A stretch of DNA of 64,000 bases from Octopus bimaculoides (taxonomy: Eukaryota): the NCBI RefSeq assembly GCF_001194135.2, contig NC_068988.1, positions 68,935,345-68,999,344 of the forward strand, in the 5' to 3' direction. This document shows, in pieces, positions 1-12,659 of the stretch. The translations under genes and the position numbers were made by a program. The notes below the pieces were generated by a model. The model saw only the letters and a list, made by a program, of their open reading frames with translations. It was not told the DNA's origin and did not search any database. Every line of letters begins with the position of its first letter. Position 1 is the stretch's first letter.

Positions 1-220
1 TTTTGAGCGTGGCCGTTTTCGTGCGGGTGACACGTAAAAGCACCCACTACACTCTCTGAGTGGTTGGCGTTAGGAAGGGCATCCAGCTGTAGAAACTCTG
101 CCAAATTAGACTGGAGCCTGGTGTTGCCATCCGGTTTCACCAGTCCTCAGTCAAATCGTCCAACCCATGCTAGCATGGAAAGCGGACGTTAAACAATGAT
201 GATGATGATGATGATGATGA

Positions 221-222
<2 letters not shown>
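1..222 (+). mobile_element. RTE-LINE 3' end / V-domain-like short retroelement with (GAT)n tail
   Basis: Motif GAGTGGTTGGCGTTAGGAAGGGCATCCAGC...CCAACCCATGCTAGCATGGAAAGCGGACGTTAAA then (GAT)n; closely matches 45209-45405 and recurs many times in the window. Confidence 0.8.
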
Positions 223-259
<37 letters not shown>

Positions 260-696
260 GCCATAGGCATATTGATAAGTGATTGTTGATAGTATTTTGG
301 GAAATATACCTGGCATATATAAGTAACCGTTTTGATTTCCATTACAATTTTTGCTGTAATTGCATCATGAAAATTATATTCAGTTTCACAAATTCAGTAT
401 GACACTAACAGTGCTAGATTTTTCAAACAAAACGAAATTGGTCTTGCACCAACATAATTGCTGCTAATGGGAAAGAAATTTTAAACAGAATGGAAAATAT
501 ATTTATATTTACAATATAAATAGTCAACCAAAAAATAAAATACCTCTATATTGAATATTTAGTCGCTGTGGATTTGGATATAATAAAGTAGCATGTTTAA
601 AAACTGGATAAATGCAATATCAGCATCTACCTTAAACATTTTAATGATCATATTTCTATTTCAAATATTTTTTCTACCTGCTTAATCATTTTCTAT

Positions 697-870
697 CTTT
701 TACTTGTTTCAACCATTTGACTGTGGCTATGCTGAGGTTTTTGTCAGGTGAATCTATACCAGTACTAATTTCTTAAGCATGGTATTTATTCTATCAGTCT
801 CTTTTGTCAAACTACTGAGTTACAGGAGGGTACCAAACCAACACTGGTTGCCATGCAGTAGTAGAGGACA
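697..870 (-). mobile_element. SINE 3' half
   Basis: Reverse complement of the SINE 3' module (GATAGAATAAGTAC...CAGTCAAATGACTGAAACAAGTAAAAG) seen complete at 36962-37379. Confidence 0.75.
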
Positions 871-882
871 TACACAAACATA

Positions 883-1269
883 GGTATGGCTGTGTGGTAA
901 AAAGCTTGATTCCCAACTCCATGCTCTCAGGTTCAGTCCCACTGGGCTGACCAAAGCCATGCGAGTGGACTTGGTAGAGGGAAAATGAAAATAACTGTTG
1001 TGTGCACACACACACACACACACACACATATACATATATATAAGTGTATGTCTGTGTGTCTTTGTGTACCTCCCACCATCGCTTGACAACCAGTGTTGGT
1101 ATGTTTATGCTCCCATAACATAGCAATTTGGCAAAAGAGACCGATAGAATAAGTGCCAGACATAAAAGAAAATAACTACTGCAGTTGATTCATCTGACTA
1201 AAAATTCTTGAAGGCAGTGCCCCAGTGTGGCTGCAGTCTCATGACTGAAACAAGTAAGAGATAAAAGAT

Positions 1270-1270
<1 letters not shown>
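883..1270 (+). mobile_element. tRNA-derived CORE-type SINE with internal (CA)n
   Basis: Head GGCTGTGTGGTAA...GGTTCAGTCCCACTG, central CA/TA microsatellite, 3' module ending ACTGAAACAAGTAAGAG. Confidence 0.8.
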
Positions 1271-1301
<31 letters not shown>

Positions 1302-1569
1302 CAAAGTAAACCTGCAAGTTACCGCACAAGTGAATATATATAGGAAAGAGGGTTTGAAAATACAGAAGTCTTTTAAAGATGTTTACTGACTTACATAAAC
1401 ATCTTTAAAAGNNNNNNNNNNNNNNNNNNNNNNNNNNNNNNNNNNNNNNNNNNNNNNNNNNNNNNNNNNNNNNNNNNNNNNNNNNNNNNNNNNNNNNNNN
1501 NNNNNNNNNNNNNNNNNNNNNNNNNNNNNNNNNNNNNNNNNNNNNNNNNNNNNNNNNNNNNNNNNNNNN

Positions 1570-1617
<48 letters not shown>

Positions 1618-1789
1618 CACATATATATACACATATATATCTTTAATAATTAAGGGTACTATCAAACAGTACTAGCATTCTGACACAGTGGTCAAACTGA
1701 CCAAACCACCAAGGTGAAATCGGGCAAATGAATTAAAGACTCTAAGAACCCCATCCAGATAATGAAAAAAATCGAAAATTGAAAGCCCT

Positions 1790-2188
1790 GGCTTTCAGTT
1801 TCCATTTACCAAGTTCATTCACATAGTAGAAGACACTTGCCCAAAGTGTCAAACAGCAGGACTGAGCCTGGAATCATTTGGTTGGGAAGTAAAGTTCTTA
1901 CAACACAGCCATGCCTGCACATAGGATGTTGAAAATAATGTGAAATGTATTTGTATTATTTTCTATCTTTTATTTATTCCAGTCATTAGACTGTAGGCAT
2001 GTTGGGGCACCACACTAAAGAATTTTAGTCAAACAAATCAACTCCAAGACTTTTTTTTCTTTTTCCTAATGCCTGCTACATACTCTACCAGTCTCTTTTG
2101 CTGAACTGCTTAGTTATGGAGATGTAAACACACCAACAATGGTTGTCAAGTTGTGGTAGTGGTGGTGGAGAACAACTACAGACATAAA

Positions 2189-2200
<12 letters not shown>
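1790..2200 (-). mobile_element. Two SINE halves (head ~1790-1920, 3' module ~1960-2200)
   Basis: Both match the window's dominant SINE on the minus strand, but in an order that cannot be one intact copy. Confidence 0.65.
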
Positions 2201-2219
<19 letters not shown>

Positions 2220-2222
<3 letters not shown>

Positions 2223-3015
2223 GTGTGATGGGTAAAGCGTCGCCATTTTATATTTTTGATTTCTCACATGTACATTGCTTGTTTTTGATTTTGTTGCCTA
2301 CACAGTATAGTGGGGTCAGTTGGGCACTGTATGTGAGAAAAACAGCACCATGACTCAATTCACTCTGTCAGAAATTTCGAAATTACATGCTATGCTGCTT
2401 GACATTCATACAGAAGCTTGAATACAAACATTTCAGAGTGTTGGGTGTCAATCTGAGTCCCCAAAACATGTACCAAGAGTGATAAAATCAAACATCCAGC
2501 CAACATCATGGTGTTTGGACAGATCACTAGTGATGGCGACATTATGCCTCGATTCATCTTCCTACACGGCCTCAGACTCAACAAGGAGGCCTACATCAAG
2601 TGCCTGGAGGGGGTAGCACTGCCCTGGGTCAAGAGAGTGGCTGCTGGAAGATGTTATGTCTGGTAACAGGACTCTGCACCAGGCCACACAAGCAGAAGAA
2701 CCCAGTCATGGCTGTCAGACAATTTCTGCGATCCCACCACCCCTAACATCTAGCCATCTAACTCCCCAGACTCCAACCCTCTTGATTATTATATGTGGGA
2801 CACAGTTGAGTGACAGACCAACAAAACTCCCTGTGATACCAAAGATAAACTGAAGGCAAGAGTTATGGCAGCATATACTAACTTAAACAAGGAGACCATC
2901 CAGAAGAGTTGCAGGAGATTGCAAAGTCATCTGGAGGCTGTGGTTGAAGACAATGGCGATTTTGAATAAATTCACTCTTTAGTATTTCAAGATATTTTTA
3001 TGTAATTTTGGTAAA
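2220..3015 (+). mobile_element. Tc1/mariner DD37D (maT-like) transposase relic
   Basis: One frame from ~2490 reads KHPANIMVFGQITSDGDIMP...YVW*QDSAPGHTSRRTQSWLSDNFC...NI*PSNSPDSNPLDYYMW...EAVVEDNGDFE*; I count 37 residues between the QD and PLD aspartates; three in-frame stops. Confidence 0.85.
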
Positions 3016-3019
3016 TCAT

Positions 3020-3420
3020 CATCGTCATTGTTTAATGTCCGCTTTCCATGCTAGCATGGGTTGGAGTTTTTGACTGAGGACTGGTAAGCCAGAAGGCTGC
3101 ACCAGGCTCTGATCTGATCTGGCAGAGGTTCTACAGCTGGATACCCTTCCTAACGCCAACCACTCCAAGAGTGTAGTGGGTGCTTTAAAGTGCCACTGGC
3201 ATGAGGGCCAGTCACACGGTACTGGCAACTGACACGCTCAAAAAGGTGTTTTTTACATGCCACCTGCACGGGTCTACTAAATTCACTCACAAGGCTTTGG
3301 TTGGCCTGAGACTATAATAGAAGACACCTGCTTAAGGGGCCACACAGTGCAACTGAATCTGGAACCATGTGATTGGGGAGCAAACATCTTACCACACAGC
3401 TAAAACTGCACCTATAGTAT
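3020..3420 (-). mobile_element. RTE-tail/V-domain-like element plus adjacent CORE-SINE head
   Basis: 3020-3270 is the reverse complement of the 1-222 family; 3270-3420 is the reverse complement of the SINE head. Confidence 0.75.
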
Positions 3421-4094
3421 TAAAATAACAAACATTTATTTCTATATTTTGTCTGTATTTAGTAAATAAGTGAATGAAAGGATCTTACAAATAATTATGA
3501 TGGAATATATTGTTTTAAGTATAAACACGTTAAAACACAATTTTGTATCAAAGAATCAGGGTCTATTTCAGGTAAACTATATCAGAGAAGTAATCTCAGA
3601 CAGTTTTGTATCAAAAGTTTTAACCTTATCAGATTTCATTCCAATGTCTTCTTTGTGAAGGTTGAATATGACAGGCTTCTAAACAAAGTGTAATTAAAAT
3701 ATTTTTATTTCATGGTAGTTTAAAATGATAGCTTAATGACAATTTGAATAATCTGCATTAGAATGACTGTTTGGAAATTTGACTAAAATTACAAACAACA
3801 GTAAATATGTTGAAGTCTGTTACTAGGCTCAGTAAGCCTGGCAGCACACCCTAGAAATTAATTTTATTGCCAGTTAATTCATATTTGCACATAAAAGTAA
3901 TATACATACAAGCATATGTGTTTTCTATGAGGGTTTGATAAGCAGTTTGATAAGCCGAGTTTTACAAGTCTGTAAATAATGATGATAATATTTTATAAGG
4001 TTAATGCATATAAGCGATCACCATGTATTGACTAAAGAAAATAGTCTAATATTGGGGTATATAAACCCTCAATGGAAAAAAAACGTGGGTTTGC

Positions 4095-4165
4095 TGTATG
4101 CATGCAGCTCAAACCCACATCTCTATGTCTTCATGACAAGTGTGCTACCATTACACCAACGTGCT
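4095..4165 (-). tRNA. Second, inverted tRNA-like copy (probable pseudogene)
   Basis: Minus strand reads GCACGTTGGTGTAATGGTAGCACACTTGTCATGAAGACATAGAGATGTGGGTTTGAGCTGCATGCATACA followed by a T8 run; homologous to 4434-4504. Confidence 0.4.
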
Positions 4166-4433
4166 CACTTGTTTCTTCCTGTCAAATTTAAGAACTATAA
4201 TTTCATAGTGTTGTTTTTATAAACAAGTATATGTCCCAATATTAGGCTATTTTCTTTAGTCAATACATGGTGATTGCTTATAAGCTTTAAGCTCATAAAA
4301 TATTATTATCATTACTTACAGAATTGTAAAACTTGGTACCATTTATCGAATCCTCGCGGAACGTGCACATGCTTGTTTATAAAAACGACACTATGAAATT
4401 ATTGTCCTTAAATCTGATAGGAAGAAGTGAGTT

Positions 4434-4504
4434 GGTACATTGGTGTCGTGGTTGCTCACTTGTCATGAAAACATAGAGCTGTGGGTTCCAGCCCCACGTG
4501 TACA
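4434..4504 (+). tRNA. tRNA-like sequence (probable pseudogene), isotype uncertain
   Basis: 71 nt; acceptor-like GTACAT/GTGTAC, A-box-like TGGTGTCGTGG, T-arm GTGGG-TTCCAGC-CCCAC, T5 run ~10 nt downstream; anticodon stem imperfect. Confidence 0.45.
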
Positions 4505-4661
4505 GAAACCCCCTTTTTCTGTTGAGGGATTATACACCCCAATATTAGACTATTTTTTTAGTTAATACATGGTAATCACTTATAAGCTTTAGGCTTATAA
4601 AAAAATTAATATATACACATACATATATATGTCTGTGTGTGTGTTTACGTATACTTACATA

Positions 4662-5095
4662 TCATCATCATTTAGCATTCATTTTCCATGCTGGCATGGG
4701 TTAGATGGTTTGACAGGGATGAGTAAGTTGGAGAGCTGCACAAGGTTCCAGTTTGTTTTGGCTTGGTTTCAATAGCTGGATGCCATTCCTAACACCAACC
4801 TCTCCGCAGAGTGTACCAGGTGCCCTTTACATATCACTGGCATGGGTGCCTTTTGTGTTTCACCAGCACTGGCCACAACTATGATTTCACTTAATTTGAC
4901 GTGTCTTCTCAAGCACAGAAAATTGCCAAAAGTCTTGGTTACTTGACATCACGTCCATGAGACTCAACATGCGGGGATTATATTTCAACACCTCATCCTG
5001 CGTGTTCCTGGGTCTACTTCTTTTAGAGGTTCCTTCTACCATTAGAGATCAGCACTTCTTTATGCAGTTTTCCTCATCCATGTTCCACCTCTTGT
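4662..5095 (-). mobile_element. 5'-truncated RTE LINE 3' end
   Basis: (GAT)n tail, V-domain-like UTR and degenerate ORF2 C-terminus matching the longer copy at 30903-32110. Confidence 0.7.
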
Positions 5096-5360
5096 CTGCA
5101 ACTAATGACTGAAGATTATTTTCAATGTTCCATTAAATATTCCATGTTTTGAAGAGGACAGGTGTTGATGTAGTGTCAGTATTTTACCATTTTTACCAAG
5201 ATAGATTGGCTTCAAAGTTTCTCTAACTTGTGGAGAACATTTTCTCATTTTGAAACATCCTTTGTCTACAGATGTTCCAATATTCCCTTTTCCACAAAAG
5301 AAGGATTTCCAATGAATATGCCAAATTTTATATGTGTCTCTGTGTGTATGCATAACATAA

Positions 5361-5396
<36 letters not shown>

Positions 5397-5428
5397 TGAG
5401 TATACATAAAAATATCTATGTATGTATC

Positions 5429-5470
<42 letters not shown>

Positions 5471-5784
5471 GGTATGTATGTATGTATGTATGTATGTATG
5501 TATGTATGTATGCATGTATGTATGTATGTATGCATGTGTGAAGCAAATCAGAAATATATATTTCTACTAGAAAGCTGAGATGGTAAATCTAAGAGATTAC
5601 GTTCTAAAATATCTCTGTTTCCCAAAAGAGGGAGAAAATAAAAATCATATTTGGTAAATTCAATCATACTTAGATCTTTTTCTATTTCTTCTTTGTTCAC
5701 TTCATATTTCTCTTGGATCCTATACAACATATATGTATATGTAGCTACATGTGCACATATACACACATATATGAATGTTCTTGC

Positions 5785-5818
<34 letters not shown>

Positions 5819-6363
5819 CATGAATGTTCTTGTGTGTATCAATCTCTTNNNNNNNNNNNNNNNNNNNNNNNNNNNNNNNNNNNNNNNNNNNNNNNNNNNN
5901 NNNNNNNNNNNNNNNNNNNNNNNNNNNNNNNNNNNNNNNNNNNNNNNNNNNNNNNNNNNNNNNNNNNNNNNNNNNNNNNNNNNNNNNNNNNNNNNNNNNN
6001 NNNNNNNNNNNNNNNNNNNNNNNNNNNNNNNNNNNNNNNNNNNNNNNNNNNNNNNNNNNNNATATATATATATATATATATACATACATACATACAATTT
6101 GAAAACTAATTCTGCATTACGTTTTATGTTTTATGTTAGTGATATCTGGGATGATGGTTTTCAGCCATGGCTTCAGTGATCAAATAACTTAACAGATTTT
6201 TAAAGCTTAATATGTTCCTGCATTCATGCAGTAGATATGTACCATATAATGCTAAAAAAATATTCTGTACATACATGTGTATGGATATATAAATATATAT
6301 ACATACATATGTATTGTTAGACAGCTAGCTTAGATATAGAAGTAGGTCTCTCATTCTCTCTCA

Positions 6364-6450
<87 letters not shown>

Positions 6451-6555
6451 CACACACACATATATATATACACACACACACATATATATATAAACACACA
6501 CACATATATATAAATATACACACATATATACACACACATAAATATATATAAATGC

Positions 6556-6596
<41 letters not shown>

Positions 6597-7204
6597 TGTA
6601 TGCATATATATATATATATAAAGAGAGAGAGAGAAATAGGAGGATAGGGATGTAGGATAGTAACCAATATTACAGAAGCAAATCGTCCAGAAGAAAATTC
6701 ATCCCATTGAACATAAAGTTCTGGTTTCAGTTCTGTGAACCGATACCAAAGTTGATTGAAAATCCGCCACAAATATAATTTTATTAATTTTCATTGGGCT
6801 ATTGCTTTATTATATTTTATATCATATACTCTTATCAATTTATTAGTGAGTGAACGCATATGTGTATATGTGTGTATGAACACTTGTATATACGTGCTTA
6901 TATGTATCAAACTTTCTGTATCTCTCTTAGAGTGTTTCTCTTCATTTTGAGATGTGTGTGTGTAGTGAGGTGGCCTATATTAAAGGTTTCATTATCATAT
7001 TTTATCTTACCTAAATAATTTTTACCCCCGAATTTCTTGATGTGAATTACTTATCTTCACATCTCTCTCATCATAACTCTAGGGAGGAGGGTACAAGAGA
7101 GTTGTATAAAGTATCTTGTATGTATGTATGTATGAAAGTATTATGTGTGTGCTTGTGGAGGTGCTTGTGTGTGTGTGGGGGGGATTCTCTTCTGTTATTA
7201 ATCA

Positions 7205-7447
7205 TTTAACCCTCTTGTAACCAACCCAGCTGAAACCCTTTCGCTACCAACCTCTGGCTCTCTAGTACAAATGTCTTGTTTCCATAAGTTTTGAATTAAA
7301 ATCTTTCACCAAACTTTAGTCACAATTTATGTTCCTAACACTAGATTAATGATAACTAAGTTATTTAAATAAATTCTTTGTCACATTTAAAATAATTGAA
7401 AGAAATAGAGTGCATCTCAAAATGAATGTGGTAACGAAAGGTGAAAT
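7205..7447. mobile_element. TTAA-type (piggyBac-like) MITE
   Basis: Ends TTAACCCTCTTGTAACC / AACCCTTTCGCTACC and GGTAACGAAAGGTGAA form degenerate terminal inverted repeats. Confidence 0.55.
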
Positions 7448-7449
7448 TC

Positions 7450-8105
7450 TTCTTTTGAGGAAGGAGCTGGTTTCTAACAAAGACACGAAGTTTCATTGTT
7501 GAATGTAGATAACAAAACCATGTCACAATTTAAACTCAGGAAAGGTCTTGCATATTTTTTACTGTTCCATTTATAGATTGTATTTGTAATATGAAAGTTG
7601 CCTGATTTCTTTTTCTGAAAACACTAGCTCATCTGGATTGTCACTTTGGCATTTACTCACAAAACCAAGTGCACCAACAATCATTGGTGTAAATGTGAAT
7701 TTATTGCCTGCATATAGAAGCTGAAGGTTCCCAAACAGTTTTCTGAAGTTATCCTTTTTCTCTTTGATTTTCAGAGCATTATTCACATCAGCAAGGCAGC
7801 TGACCTCTGTGACAGCACATGCTTCTTGTTTGTCCCAAGCAAGAATATCCAGTCTGTTATGTTCACATTCAATAAATATTTTGATGGGAATGTTCCACAA
7901 GTATTCCTTGTGCTGATATTTGTATATGTATTCAATAACAGGGTTTTCTTTTGTTCCAGGACTGCCTTTTTTTCTAAATGGCATTGTACATTGTTTTTGC
8001 AACAATATCTTGTCACATAGGGAGGTGATACCCTGATGACACTTTTTGGCAGCTACAAATCATGTGTCTAGGTTCGCCTAGTTCAATGCTCTCCATCCTG
8101 CTCTT
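7450..8105 (-). mobile_element. R4/Dong-type non-LTR retrotransposon C-terminus (zinc knuckle remnant + restriction-like endonuclease)
   Basis: ORF 7571-8005 contains EYLWNIPIK...HNRLDILAWDKQEACAVTEVSC...PMIVGALGFVSK, matching the RPD...vEvsCP...vGALG pattern of RLE domains; HMICSCQKVSSGYHLPM-like remnant upstream; frameshifted. Confidence 0.8.
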
Positions 8106-8106
8106 A

Positions 8107-10280
8107 ATGTGTATCTGTCTGTATGTGTGAATCCTTAAAACTTGAGAAGTACCCAACCAATTTCATTCAAATTTTACACATGCATTACATAGGGTCCGTG
8201 GAGGGTCATGGGCCAAAATTATTCAACTTCTTGCCTAATGTGGGCTCAGAGTTATCTTTTAGAATGGCTCGGTATTGGGTGTCAAAAGTGAATATTATTT
8301 CACTTTTATTCATTCACTTTTAATTCTAATGCGATAAGACTGTAATATTGTTTCACTTTTATTCTTTCACTTTTAATTCTAACGTAATAACACTAAGTCT
8401 AAGATATATAAAAATACACTTTTACTGTTGAATTACCAGTTAATAATTACCACAGCAGTTGCAAGGGTTGCAAAGTAATTATAGTTACATATTAACCCTT
8501 AAATTAACATTTAATACATGTGTTTAATATATATATATATATATATATTTAGAAATTTATCAATAATAATTATTGTAGCATTTACCCTTAAATTAGAAGT
8601 TCATACATATGCTTCTGTTTGGGTAATCTATATATAAAATTCTTTGTCGAAATCTATATATATAAAATTCCTTGTCTCTCTGTCCCCAATGAATTCTCAA
8701 ATGGCTCCACCAAATCAAATAAAATTTTACAAGGTAATAGTATCACACCTCACGAGTGTCAACATGTAATGTTTTTTCATTTTAATTAATACAATATAAC
8801 ATTTTATAGAGATGATCTTTCTATAGTCAAATATAGTTCAGGACATTTTATACAATGGCGACAACGTCACATTTTGTATATGAATGTATGTGTCTGTCAG
8901 TGTATGTGTGCAAGTGTATGAATGCATATGTCTGTCAGTGTGTCTGTGTTTCTGTGTTCGACGTCACATTTTGTATATGAGTGTTTATGTGTCTGTGAGT
9001 GTATGGGTGTGTATGTGTGTTTCTGCATTAGGGATGTTATTCAACAAACACACATCTACACATACGTATGCATATGTGACGTCTGACATGTGTGAATGTA
9101 TGTCTGTGTCTGTCTCTCTTACTATATATCATAGTATTACACTCCACGACTGTCAACATGTAATTTTTTTGTTTTCGATTAAAACAATATAATATTTCAT
9201 AGTCATAATCGTTCTATAGTCAACTATAATACAGGATATTTTATATGCGTCTGTGTTTGCGTGTTCGATACATACAAGATAGTAAAGGACATTTTATACC
9301 ACGACAACGATGATGTCACATTTTGCATATGAGTGCATATGTGTCTGTGAGTGTATGTGTGTGGGTGGATGTCTCTGTGATTATGTGTGTGTTTCCGTGT
9401 TAGAAAACACACACATCTACACATACATACGCATATCTGACGACTGACATGCATGAATGCATGTCTGTATATGTCTCTCTTACTATATGTATGTGACTGT
9501 ATGTGTGTGTATCGTCACATTTTGTATATAAATGTGTATGTGTCTATAAGTGTGAGTGTTTGCACGTTCGTTACACATGTTATTAAACACATACATACAC
9601 ACAGCTACACATACTTATAAATATGCAATAAGAACGGCTGGAGGTGAAACACTTGACAAAAAAAAATAGGTGGCACGTCCAAGGTATATAAAAATACACA
9701 TCTACCGTTCAAAATTATCGCAGCAGTTGTAAGGTTGCAAAGTATTTACAATTTGCTTATATTTGGTTAATTTGCACTGCAAATAAAAATACAGACATAC
9801 TATATGCATACAATTGTTTACAAAAATAGAGATTAATGTATATTTTTTCTATGTTCATAATTTCTTGTTCACAATATTGAAACAAAAATATCTGTGACCA
9901 AAGAAAAAACGTAATCTCACCAGAAACACCTATCAAGCAAGGAGGATTGCAGAAAACTGAAGGCAAAAGTCTCAAGAGATAAGGGACACGAGACTTTCTC
10001 AAGATCAGCAAAGGCATGTCTGATGGAATCTCAAGAGAGAAGGGAAGACTTTTGAATATTACCCTATATAATTAATAGAACCATGTGCACGTTTTTCACT
10101 CATTGAGAACAACTAGTACACGATTCTGGGAATTATATCTCTATGGCAGTCCGTACTGAGGAGAAACAGATATTTTCGGTAAGAAAGTATTGATTTCGAA
10201 ACCATGGTCTATGGATAACCTTATATTTATTTCTATAATTTTAACTAGTCTTGCCCGTATGTTTTTGCTTCGCTAAATTT
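8107..10280. mobile_element. Non-autonomous Helitron/Helentron-like complex
   Basis: A|TCTATATATAAAATT starts at 8627 and 8653, CTAG|T end at 10113-10117, a second CTAG end on the minus strand near 10247, internal ~400 bp tandem duplication and GT-rich microsatellite. Confidence 0.6.
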
Positions 10281-10504
10281 TTTCTTTGAGAACTTTTCAG
10301 TGATCTTCTTCTAGCACATTAGCAGTCCAATTAGTGGTCTCTTTAAAAAATACATATACAATAATCCTTTTGAGATCTCAGGAAAATTTTTCTGAATCTT
10401 CTGATTCTTTTAATGTGCTGGTTTCCTGGTATTAAATTGATATCAATTATTATCCAATTTTTTACCCTACTATTTATATATATATATATATACATGGGAG
10501 AATA

Positions 10505-10630
10505 TACAAAAAATAACAACAGACGAGGACAGGTGGTGTAAATAACAAAAGTATATATTAGTATGACGCTCGGGAATACGGAAAGTCTTTGACGTTTCGA
10601 GCTACGCTCTTCAACAGAAAGAATACGGAG
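10505..10630. mobile_element. Penelope-like element terminal fragment
   Basis: CpG-rich segment with GACGTTTCGAGCTACGCTCTTCAACAG, resembling the CGAAACG-containing ends I recall for Penelope-like elements. Confidence 0.45.
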
Positions 10631-10659
10631 ACATACATACATACATATGTGTGTGTGTT

Positions 10660-11300
10660 TTGTCTTTTATTTTGTTTCAGGCATTTGACTGCAGTCAGTA
10701 CTTTTTTCTTTAAGCCTAGTATTTATTCAGTTGGTCTCTTTTGCCAAACCACTAGGTTACAGGAACATAAATGTACCAACACCAGTTGCCAAGCAGTGAT
10801 GGGAGGACAAACACAGACACAAAGATTCACATGTACACTCACAAACACACATGTATGTATATGACTGATATCTTTGCAGTTTATATCTACCAAATCCACT
10901 CACAAGATTTTGGTCGGCCCAAGACTATAGTAGAAAACATTTATCTAATATACCCTGTAGGGGGACTGAATCTTGAACCATGTGGTTGGGAAGCAAACTT
11001 CTTACCACACAGACATTCCTGCACCTATGTATATATCATCATCATCATCATTTAACATCTGTTTTCCATGCTGGCATGAGTTGGATAGCATGACAGGAGC
11101 TGGCTAGGCACGTGCCTGCACTATGCTTCACTGTCTGTTTTGGCATGGTTTCTTATCGCTGGATACTCTTTCTAACACCAACCATTCTGTAGAGCGAACT
11201 GAGTGCTATTTACGTGGCACCAGCACAGGTGAGGTCAGTTTTGGCATGTTTTTTTTTTTACAGCAGGACGTCTTTCCAAATACCAACCACTTTCCAGTGT
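10660..11300 (-). mobile_element. CORE-type SINE (10660-11030) and adjacent RTE-tail element (11035-11300)
   Basis: Reverse complements of the two dominant repeat families. Confidence 0.75.
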
Positions 11301-12659
11301 TGACGAAGTGGTTATATGGTTAAGAAACTGTATGTGTGTGCATGTGACACCTTCAGCAAGTGTTCTGTACAATATCAGCATGCCAACTACATTATGGATA
11401 GATCTGGTTGAGAGAAATTGTCAACCAAATTATTTTACACATGCTTATGTATGTTTCTTTGTGTGTCTATATATGCTTTATTGTGTGTATGTGTGTGTAT
11501 GCTTGCCTCCTGGTGTTGACATAGCATGACTGTTGTTCTTGCCAATCTCCCAGGAAAGCATCTTCGGCCATGAGAAAATGTTACTTAGAAACAGATGAGT
11601 GTTGATGATGGGAAAGGCATTTAACCATAGACGGTCTATCACAGCATATTCTATTTGACCTATGCAAGCATGAACATATGGTTGTTTGGCTGAGGATGAT
11701 GATGATATAAATATGAGAACCATTAGACTATATGACAAGGTCATATATTGTGAAATAACTGTACTTATGTATTTGATAAGGTTTCTAAATTCAATTATAG
11801 TTTTTTTCATTTATGATAAATTTATATTGCTGTAGTAGTGTCTGAAATTTTATATATTCTGGAATTATGTATGTATGTACGTATGTATGTGTATGTGTAT
11901 CAGTATGTACATATGAATGCTTGAATATATGTTTGTAGTCAAATGTGTATGTTTATTTTGTTTGTGTGTGTGTGTGCGTTTGTGTTTGAATATATTTGTA
12001 TAAATTATTGTTTGTATTAGTGTCTGCATGTGAAAAAGCTATGTATTAGTTTTTGAAGGGTGAAATGGTATGTATAGACGCATGTGTATATGAAAGAGAG
12101 AGAGAGAAAGAAAGAAAGAAAGAGAAAGCAAGAGAGAATAATATTTTTTTTTTTTGATATGTGCACACACACACACACACATACAGAAGCATAACATTTA
12201 TATTCATACAGTTATTTTTTTATAAATATTAATTTATACCCTGCTGATTATATTGAAGTATTGGTTTCTGTAACATACAGATGATTACTAAATATTTCTT
12301 AATATTTTTGTAAGTAACTTTTGAAATAAATTCCCTGTTATCTTTTTGATTTCTTTTTTTCTTTTCATTTTATTAGTAATAAGTAAGTTCTGCTCCTTCT
12401 AGGTTGTGTTAATTAAAAATTAATTCAGACAAAATTTCTCAGCTTGAAAAATATCAGCACAAGCCATCATGTTAAATTTTAAAAATGTTTTGATAGCTGT
12501 TGTAATCCTATTTGACAAACAACATGCTATCTTTGGAAATATCTCTTGCAGAAGTTAAACAATTGAGATATTTCAAAAGTGTATATATTTTTAGATTGAA
12601 CATACTGCTTCACAAAAACATTTTTTCATACATTTCTGCTTTTCGGTTTTATTTTATAG

